From the NCBI RefSeq assembly GCF_036365525.1, contig NW_027141363.1, positions 1,240,001 through 1,304,000 of the forward strand: a stretch of 64,000 nt of DNA. The letters are read 5' to 3'. The position numbers were made by a program, and so were the translations under genes. The notes below the pieces were generated by a model. It saw only the letters and a list, made by a program, of their open reading frames with translations, ran no database searches and was not told where the DNA came from. Shown here piece by piece: positions 22,691 to 32,495 of this stretch (position 1 is the stretch's first letter; the number at the start of each line of letters is the position of its first letter). The stretch is from Heterodontus francisci. Lineage: Eukaryota.

Positions 22691-23431
22691 TGTGCCCATG
22701 ATCTCAAATCTGTGCCCCTCTGGTTACCGACCCACCTGTCACTGCAAACAGTGTCTCATTACTTACTCTATCAAAACCCCTCATGGTTCTGAACACCTCT
22801 ATTGAATCTCCTCTTCACCTTCTCTGGAAAGAGGAAGACAGTCCTAACTCTTCCAAACTCTCCGAATAATCTACACCTCCACACATTGCACCCTTCAGGA
22901 GATTCCCGAACCTCTGGAATTGTTTGCACATTGCAAGTCATTGCTGTACATTCAATATTCTTCACAACTAAGGAGGAACAATGTGCTTTGCATTGAGAAA
23001 CAAGAGGTTCTATTGGACGGTCATGCAGTGAAAGTATCTCCACACTGCAACACCAGAGAAGGCGCAGAGGGGAGGAGAGAGAGGGCTACAGAGTGTGACA
23101 AGGGGGCTGAGATAGGAGGCTTCAAATTCCCACATCATGCTGTGTACTGTTTACCTCCATCTACTGTTTCTGCTGCTCCCAGGTTACTGCTCCTACTTGG
23201 AGGGAAATTCAGGCCCCAGTTAATCAGCTTTGAGACACAATTCCTGCTGATATCGAAGGGCTCCAATCAGTTAGAGATTTACTGGTTTGGTTTTGCTGTT
23301 GAGGACAAGTGTCGCTATTTAGCGCCACTGCAGTTATGCCCAGCGATTCTGGGAATCAGCACATGACCCCTGTGCTGGGGTATCATGCGGCTGATCGGCT
23401 GTGGTGTGCATCGTGAGCTTTACCATTAAAT

Positions 23432-23577
23432 CTGTTTTCTGACTTTTCTTCCCCTCTTTACTTCCTTCAGATCATCTGTTTTAGTATATCACAAGTGTTG
23501 CTCAAACCAGTCACTATGAACGAACAGACTTGGGGAAATCCAGTTGTCTATTTTGTGTGGAATGGTTATGATTTGAA
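23432..23577. repeat. Right arm of the 146-bp inverted repeat
   Basis: Reverse complement of 21867-22012. It abuts the 94-bp tandem array. Confidence 0.92.
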
Positions 23578-24410
23578 AGTGGGAAATAATGTCCAGAGAC
23601 GAAGTTTGAAAGGGGAAATCATTAACCAGTAAACAGAGGAATCATTAAGCAAAAAACACAAAAAAAAAGTTGGAAGTGGGAAATCATTAACCAGAAAGTG
23701 GAAAATAATGTCCAGAGACTAAGTGTGAAAGGAGAAATCATTAACCAAAAAACACAAAAGAAAGTTCTGAGTGGGAAATCATTAACCAGAAAGTGGGAAA
23801 TAATGTCCAGAGACTCAGTGTGAAAGGGGAAATCATTAACCAAAAAACACAAAAGAAAGTTCCGAGTGGGAAATCATTAACCAGAAAGTGGGAAATAATG
23901 TCCAGAGACTAAGTGTGAAAGGGGAAATCATTAACCAAAAAACACAAAAGAAGATCCGAGTGGGAAATCATTAACCAGAAAGTGGAAAATAATGTCCAGA
24001 GACTAAGTGTGAAAGGGCAAATCATTAACCAAAAAACACAAAAAAAGTTCCGAGTGGGAAATCATTAACCAAAAAACACAAAAGAAGATCCGAGTGGGAA
24101 ATCATTAACCAGAAAGTGGGAAATAATGTCCAGAGACTAAGTGTGAAAGGGGAAATCATTAACCAAAAAACACAAAAGAAGATCCGAGTGGGAAATCATT
24201 AACCAGAAAGTGGGAAATAATGTCCAGAGACTAAGTGTGAAAGGGGAAATCATTAACCAAAAAACACAAAAGAAGATCCGAGTGGGAAATCATTAACCAG
24301 AAAGTGGAAAAGTATGTCCAGAGACTAAGTCCGAAAGGGCAAATGGTTAACCAGAAAATCCGTCCAATAATGTCCAGAGACCTCAGTGTGAAAGGGGAAA
24401 TAATGAAGCA
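23578..24410. repeat. ~94-bp tandem repeat built from two GGAAATCATTAACCA-containing sub-units
   Basis: TCCAGAGACT recurs at 23711, 23806, 23901, 23995, 24129 and 24223. Confidence 0.92.
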
Positions 24411-24905
24411 AATCAACCTTCCCCGGGCTGCCTATTAAAAGCGGCAAAACTCATTGGAAAGAACCGCAGTCAGAAGTTGAAGTGACAACTCATTAACCAA
24501 AAAAAAAAAGAAGAGTTGGAAGTGGGAAATCATTAACCAAAATGCAAATGCAGAAACTGGTTAATGATTTGTCCACATTTTACAATTGGTTTATGAGTTG
24601 TCACTACAACTTTTCACTGCGGTTGGTTACAATGAGTCTTGCCGGGCTTAATAGTCGGCGTTCGGGGCGTTTTTGCCGAGGAGGCCGTGTTTCCATGCAC
24701 CTTTCCCGGCATGTTTTTGCAAGGTTGGGTCGGTGGTTCATTGATGGGTGTCCGGGTGTCCGGCCAGGGTCTGAGAGCCCATCCTGGGGAGGGTTGAGGC
24801 GGGGGAGAGGGAGAAGGAGAAGGAGAGCCTCCCCTCTTCCTCGGTACCTGTGTCTATGTGAGGACAGGGGCATCCGCCGCTGCTCGATCCAGGCCGGTCG
24901 GACGA

Positions 24906-25376
24906 TCGGGATCCGCCCGGGGAGGGACTTTCAAATCTATCGGGTCGGACCACCAAATCCTGCGGGGATTCGGGATCCAATTCGCGGGTACGATCGGCAC
25001 CTCGTCCCGCTGTCCGGTTCCCCCATTGACTACAATGGGTTTCATGGAGCCTGAGCTCAGACTCGGTTTTCTCCGCTATCTCGGACCTTCGGGATCCGCC
25101 CGGGAGGGACTTTCAAATCTATCGGGTCGGACCACCAAATCCTGCGGGGATTCGGGATCCAATTCGCGGGTACGATCGGTACCTCGTCCCGCTGTCCGGT
25201 TCCCCCATTGACTACAATGGGTTTCATGGAGCCTGAGCTCAGACTCGGTTTTCTCCGCTATCTCGGACCTTCGGGATCCGCCCGGGAGGGACTTTCAAAT
25301 CTATCGGGTCGGACCACCAAATCCTGCGGGGATTCGGGATCCAATTCGCGGGTACGAACGGCACCTCGTCCCGCTG
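24906..25376. repeat. CpG-rich 182-bp tandem repeat (~2.6 copies)
   Basis: GGGACTTTCAAATC occurs at 24924, 25106 and 25288. Units contain two GGATCC sites, and the two complete units contain the near-palindrome CCCATTGACTACAATGGG. Confidence 0.92.
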
Positions 25377-25529
25377 ACTACAACGGGAGTTAATATTTGT
25401 GTTTGAAATGATGGGTGAATCTGATAACAATTCTCTCTCCCCAGAAATGAAGTAAGATTGAGGGACTGGAGTAAAGGTCAGTAATAGTGCAATGTATTTT
25501 CCATGACTTAGTGACAAACTCTGTGTGAT

Positions 25530-27931
25530 TTTAAAGTTTACTCATTCACACCTGTGTGGTTTTAAAGTTTACTCATTCACACCGCTGTGTTTAAAGTTTA
25601 CTCATTCACACCGCTGTGTTCAAAGTTTACTCATTCACACCGCTGTGTTTAAAGTTTACTCATTCGCACCGCTGTGTTCAAAGTTTACTCATTCACACCG
25701 CTGTGTTTAAAGTTTACTCATTCGCACCGCTGTGTTCAAAGTTTACTCATTCACACCGCTGTGTTTAAAGTTTACTCATTCACACCGCTGTGTTCAAAGT
25801 TTACTCATTCACACCGGTGTGTTCAAAGTTTACTCATTCACACCGCTGTGTTCAAAGTTTACTCATTCACACCGCTGTGTTCAAAGTTTACTCATTCACA
25901 CCGCTGTGTTCAAAGTTTACTCATTCACACCGCTGTGTTCAAAGTTTACTCATTCACACCGCTGTGTTCAAAGTTTACTCATTCACACCGCTGTGTTCAA
26001 AGTTTACTCATTCACACCGCTGTGTTCAAAGTTTACTCATTCACACCGCTGTGTTCAAAGTTTACTCATTCACACCGCTGTGTTCAAAGTTTACTCATTC
26101 GCACCGCTGTGTTTAAAGTTTACTCATTCGCACCGCTGTGTTTAAAGTTTACTCATTCGCACCGCTGTGTTCAAAGTTTACTCATTCACACCGCTGTGTT
26201 CAAAGTTTACTCATTCGCACCATTGTGTTTAAAGTTTACTCATTCACACCGCTGTGTTCAAAGTTTACTCATTCACACCGGTGTGTTTAAAGTTTACTCA
26301 TTCACACCGCTGTGTTCAAAGTTTACTCATTCACACCGCTGTGTTCAAAGTTTACTCATTCGCACCATTGTGTTCAAAGTTTACTCATTCGCACCGCTGT
26401 GTTCAAAGTTTACTCATTCGCACCGCTGTGTTCAAAGTTTACTCATTCGCACCATTGTGTTTAAAGTTTACTCATTCACACCGCTGTGTTCAAAGTTTAC
26501 TCATTCGCACCGGTGTGTTCAAAGTTTACTCATTCGCACCGGTGTGTTCAAAGTTTACTCATTCACACCGGTGTGTTCAAAGTTTACTCATTCACACCGC
26601 TGTGTTCAAAGTTTACTCATTCACACCGCTGTGTTCAAAGTTTACTCATTCACACCGCTGTGTTCAAAGTTTACTCATTCACACCGGTGTGTTCAAAGTT
26701 TACTCATTCACACCGCTGTGTTCAAAGTTTACTCATTCACACCGCTGTGTTCAAAGTTTACTCATTCACACCGCTGTGTTCAAAGTTTACTCATTCACAC
26801 CGCTGTGTTTAAAGTTTACTCATTCACACCGCTGTGTTCAAAGTTTACTCATTCACACCGCTGTGTTCAAAGTTTACTCATTCACACCGCTGTGTTTAAA
26901 GTTTACTCATTCACACCGCTGTGTTTAAAGTTTACTCATTCACACCGCTGTGTTCAAAGTTTACTCATTCACACCGGTGTGTTCAAAGTTTACTCATTCG
27001 CACCATTGTGTTTAAAGTTTACTCATTCACACCGCTGTGTTCAAAGTTTACTCATTCACACCGGTGTGTTTAAAGTTTACTCATTCACACCGCTGTGTTC
27101 AAAGTTTACTCATTCACACCGCTGTGTTCAAAGTTTACTCATTCGCACCATTGTGTTCAAAGTTTACTCATTCGCACCGCTGTGTTCAAAGTTTACTCAT
27201 TCGCACCGCTGTGTTCAAAGTTTACTCATTCGCACCATTGTGTTTAAAGTTTACTCATTCACACCGCTGTGTTCAAAGTTTACTCATTCGCACCGGTGTG
27301 TTCAAAGTTTACTCATTCGCACCGGTGTGTTCAAAGTTTACTCATTCACACCGGTGTGTTCAAAGTTTACTCATTCACACCGCTGTGTTCAAAGTTTACT
27401 CATTCACACCGCTGTGTTCAAAGTTTACTCATTCACACCGCTGTGTTCAAAGTTTACTCATTCACACCGGTGTGTTCAAAGTTTACTCATTCACACCGCT
27501 GTGTTCAAAGTTTACTCATTCACACCGCTGTGTTCAAAGTTTACTCATTCACACCGCTGTGTTCAAAGTTTACTCATTCACACCGCTGTGTTCAAAGTTT
27601 ACTCATTCGCACCGCTGTGTTCAAAGTTTACTCATTCGCACCGGTGTGTTCAAAGTTTACTCATTCGCACCGGTGTGTTGAAAGTTTACTCATTCACACC
27701 GCTGTGTTCAAAGTTTACTCATTCACACCGCTGTGTTCAAAGTTTACTCATTCACACCGCTGTGTTCAAAGTTTACTCATTCGCACCGCTGTGTTTAAAG
27801 TTTACTCATTCGCACCGCTGTGTTTAAAGTTTACTCATTCACACCGCTGTGTTCAAAGTTTACTCATTCACACCGCTGTGTTTAAAGTTTACTTATTCAC
27901 ACCGCTGTGTTCAAAGTTTACTCATTCACAC
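25530..27931. repeat. 29-bp minisatellite (AAAGTTTACTCATTCACACCGCTGTGTTC)n, ~83 copies
   Basis: Seen directly. There is an internal 783-bp (27-unit) duplication. Confidence 0.97.
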
Positions 27932-27989
27932 TCCTCTTGCCCTGTGACGACCGCTGATAGTTTTTCCTGCCGATTGTCGACTGAACTTT

Positions 27990-28300
27990 CCTTTATTGGC
28001 CGATGTACAGAATATAAGAGCAGGGAGGTTATGCTCGAACTGTAGAAAGCTCTAGTTTGACCACGACATATAGGAGGAAAGATTGGAACAGGCTGGAATT
28101 GTTTTCTTTGGAACTGAGGCGAGATTTAATTGAAGTGTATAAAATGACGATGGGCTGAGATAGAGTGGATAGATAGGAAGGACCCATTTCCCTTCGCAGA
28201 CAATTCAAGTAATTGGAAGAGAGATGAGGGCTAATTTTTTCACCCAGGTAGGGAACTGGAATTCACAGCCTGAAAGGGTGGTAGAAACCCTCATCGCGTA
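27990..28300 (+). mobile_element. Decayed CR1-clade LINE fragment
   Basis: EYKSREVMLEL and DLIEVYKM-like remnants. Confidence 0.65.
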
Positions 28301-28404
28301 TAAAAAAACACTCGGAAGGAATCATTTCTCCACGTCTACCCTGTCCCGTTGAACGCTCTCGAAGAACGTACCGCACGGTTTAGAAACCGAGTAAAGCTCC
28401 GTTT

Positions 28405-30415
28405 AAATCCCGCCCTGCACATAAAATGGAGGGAGAATTCCCGCCCTGCACGTAAAATGGAGGTAGAATCCCCCCTGCACATAAAATGGAGGGAGAATTC
28501 CCGCCCTGCACGTAAAATGGAGGGAGAATTCCCGCCCTTCACGTAAAATGGAGGTAGAATTCTCCCCTGCACGTAAAATGGAGGGAGAATTCTCCCCTGC
28601 ACGTAAAATGGAGGGAGAACCCACCCCTGCACGTAAAATGGAGGGAGAACCCACCCCTGCACGTAAAATGGAGGGAGAACCCACCCCTGCACGTAAAATG
28701 GAGGGAGAACCCACCCCTGCACGTAAAATGGAGGGAGAACCCACCCCTGCACGTAAAATGGAGGGAGAACCCACCCCTGCACGTAAAATGGAGGGAGAAC
28801 CCACCCCTGCACGTAAAATGGAGGGAGAACCCACCCCTGCACGTAAAATGGAGGGAGAACCCACCCCTGCACGTAAAATGGAGGGAGAACCCACCCCTGC
28901 ACGTAAAATGGAGGGAGAACCCACCCCTGCACGTAAAATGGAGGGAGAACCCCCCCTGCACGTAAAATGGAGGGAGAACCCCCCCCTTCACGTAAAATGG
29001 AGGGAGAACCCCCCCCTTCACGTAAAATGGAGGGAGAATCCCCCCCTTCACGTAAAATGGAGGGAGAATCCCCCCCTTCACGTAAAATGGAGGGAGAATC
29101 CCCCCCTTCACGTAAAATGGAGGGAGAATCCTCCCCTTCACGTAAAATGGAGGGAGAATCCTCCCCTTCACGTAAAATGGAGGGAGAATCCTCCCCTTCA
29201 CGTAAAATGGAGGGAGAATCCTCCCCTTCACGTAAAATGGAGGGAGAATCCTCCCCTTCACGTTAAATGGAGGGAGAATCCTCCACTTCACGTTAAATGG
29301 AGGGAGAATTCTCCCCTTCACGTTAAATGGAGGGAGAATTTTCCCCTTCACGCAAAATGGAGGGAGAATTCCCCCCTGCACGTAAAATGGAGGGAGAATC
29401 CCCCCCTGCACGTAAAATGGAGGGAGAATCCCCCCCCTTCATGTAAAATGGAGGGAGAATCCCCCCTTCATGTAAAATGGAGGGAGAATCCCCCCTTCAT
29501 GTAAAATGGAGGGAGAATCCCCCCTTCATGTAAAATGGATGGAGAATTCCCCTCTGCATGTAAAATGGAGGGAGAATTCCCCCCCCTTCATGTAAAATGG
29601 AGGGAGAACCCCCCCCTTCACGTAAAATGGAGGGAGAATCCTCCCCTTCACGTAAAATGGAGGGAGAATCCTCCCCTTCACGTAAAATGGAGGGAGAATC
29701 CTCCCCTTCACGTAAAATGGAGGGAGAATCCTCCCCTTCACGTTAAATGGAGGGAGAATCCTCCCCTTCACGTTAAATGGAGGGAGAATTCTCCCCTTCA
29801 CGTTAAATGGAGGGAGAATTCTCCCCTTCACGCAAAATGGAGGGAGAATTCTCCCCTTCACGCAAAATGGAGGGAGAATTCCCCCCTGCACGCAAAATGG
29901 AGGGAGAATCCCCCCCTGCACGTAAAATGGAGGGAGAATCCCCCCCTTCATGTAAAATGGAGGGAGAATCCCCCCTTCATGTAAAATGGAGGGAGAATCC
30001 CCCCTTCATGTAAAATGGAGGGAGAATCCCCCCTTCATGTAAAATGGAGGGAGAATTCCCCTCTGCATGTAAAATGGAGGGAGAATTCCCCCCCCTTCAT
30101 GTAAAATGGAGGGAGAATTCCCCCCCTTCATGTAAAATGGAGGGAGAATTCCCCCCTTCATGTAAAATGGAGGGAGAATTCCCCCCCTGCACGTAAAATG
30201 GAGGGAGAATTCCCCCCTGCACGTAAAATGGAGGGAAAATCCCCCCTTCATGTAAAATGGAGGTAGAATACCCCCCTGCACGTTAAATGGAGGGAGAATT
30301 CTCCCCTTCACGTAAAATGGAGGGAGAATCCCCCTCTACACATAAAATGGAGGGAGATACCTCTCTACGTATAAAATAGAGGGTGTTCCACCTGTACATA
30401 TAAAATGGAGGGGAT
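28405..30415. repeat. 30-bp minisatellite (CCCTGCACGTAAAATGGAGGGAGAACCCAC)n, ~67 copies
   Basis: Seen directly. Variants change gradually along the array. Confidence 0.97.
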
Positions 30416-30534
30416 CCCACAGACACTTCACCCATTTTAAAACACTTTTTAAACATTTTTATACCAAAAACAGGGCCGAGTATCATATAAACAGAGGCAT
30501 GGTCAAATACATTCTTAACTGGTGCATTGGGGTG

Positions 30535-31550
30535 AGGGGGAGAGAGAGACAGAGAGAGACAGTAAACTTTGAGGAGGACACAAATAGACTACAAAGGGAG
30601 ATGGAGAGAGACCGACAAAGGGAGAGAGAGAAAAAGAGGGAGAAGGAGAGATGGAGGGAGAGAGAAATAGAGAGAAGCAGAAAAGGTGTGAGAGAGAGAG
30701 AGAGAGACAGACAGAATCATGGACAGAGGGGGAGAGAATCAGATAGGGAGAGAGACAGGGGGAGAATGAGATAGGAACAGAGAGAGATACAGAGACTGAC
30801 ACGCACACACACACAGAGGTGGAGGTTGCTGTCTCAATCCTTTGATCCTTCGGTTTATAACTCTTATTTGTCTGGAATTGGGTGTTGCTGAGAGAGTGTT
30901 TGTGTAACCTTGGGCAATTCCTGGACTCCTGCTGTGCTGGAGTTGGCAGATTACACAGAGAGACAGACAGGCTGAGAGAGGGAGAGAGAGACACACACAC
31001 AGACAGGCTGAGAGTGAGAGACACACACACAGGCAGGCTGAGAGTGAGAGAGAGACACACACACACAGGCAGGCTGAGAGTGAGAGAGAGACACACAGGC
31101 AGGCTGAGAGAGAGAGAGAGACAGACACACACACAGACAGGCTGAGAGAGAGAGAGAGAGAGACACACACAGGCAGGCTGAGAGTGAGAGAGAGACACAC
31201 AGGCAGGCTGAGAGTGAGAGAGAGACACACACACACAGGCAGGCTGAGAGTGAGAGAGAGACACACAGGCAGGCTGAGAGAGAGAGAGAGACACACACGC
31301 AGGCAGGCTGAGAGTGAGAGAGAGACACACAGGCAGGCTGAGAGTGAGAGAGAGACACACAGGCAGGCTGAGAGTGAGAGAGAGACACACAGGCAGGCTG
31401 AGAGAGAGAGAGAGACACACACGCAGGCAGGCTGAGAGTGAGAGAGAGACACACAGGCAGGCTGAGAGAGAGAGAGAGACACACAGGCAGGCTGAGAGAG
31501 AGAGAGACACACACACACACACACACACAAACAGAGAGAGAGAGAGCAGG
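30535..31550. repeat. GA/CA low-complexity tract and compound minisatellite (ACACACAGGCAGGCTGAGAGTGAGAGAGAG)n
   Basis: Seen directly. The minisatellite proper spans 30960-31510. Confidence 0.9.
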
Positions 31551-32299
31551 AAAGGACAGGGTAAACACATCCACGCTTCCCAGTCTCTGGCTCTGTGTCG
31601 AGGGATGTATTTGGAAGACGGGGAGTCACTGAGAGATTGTTTTATGTCAGTGTGTGAGAGAAAGAGCTCTGGGCTCTCGCTGTGTTTTATTTCTCTTCAA
31701 AAATGCTTTGCTGTGTTTGAATCAATTTTATTTCTCTTATTCCCAAGGAGAATCTTTTCGGACGATGCAGAGGGAGAATCTTTTGGCCGCGTGGAATTCT
31801 CAGACAAGGGAGGGAAAATAATAATAAATAGATATGTGTCATTGTCAAATTCATTTCTAGATACAGAGCAGAAAACGGGGCTGATAGAAAAACAAAGTGC
31901 TGCAAATGCTCAGTATTTCGAACACACTTTTTATTTCACATTTCCAGTATCCGCACTATTTTGATTTGATGTTTTCCGGGGGGGGGGGGGTCTGTGGATT
32001 TATTTTATCCACGAGGGAGGGGGTTGGAGTGTTTGCTCCCAAAGGGAATAGTTTGGGAAGAGCTGCTCCAGGACAGTCAATGTAATTCCCTACATTTCCC
32101 CCTCTCTCTCTCTCTCTCTCTCCATCTCTTGCTGCAACTTGTTCCCTGAACCTTCTTCCTAACTTGTGTTTCTTCACATCTTTAAATCCCTATCTCTGTA
32201 TCTCTCAACATCCTTTCTATCTCTGCCTGTCTCCTTGTGACCCAGGGGGAGTGGGAATATTTCTATTTCCCTCTCTATTACTCGCTCTGTCTCTCCATG

Positions 32300-32495
32300 T
32301 TGGGTCCCTTTAAGAATCTGGTGCCGACCCCACCCGAAACCGGGGAATCTCGGCTGGCGCCTTTTTTCTGACCCTTGATCTCCAGACACGTGGGGAGAGG
32401 CAGCCAATCAGAGCTCACACTGACGCCCTGGCGGGAAGGAGACGTCATCGGCCGCCATGTTTGCGTGTCGTCATCAGCCGCCGTCGAACAGAGTC
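32300..32495. promoter_or_regulatory. CpG-rich promoter-like fragment (E-box, CCAAT, E2F, CRE and YY1 motifs)
   Basis: CACGTG at 32387, AGCCAATCAG at 32402, TGGCGGGAA at 32429, GACGTCA at 32441 and GCCGCCATGTT at 32451, all within 75 bp. Confidence 0.55.

Noticed and set aside
25525-28045. 717-aa and overlapping long ORFs
   Set aside because: They are translations of a 29-bp minisatellite that happens to lack stops. The same peptide appears in all three frames.
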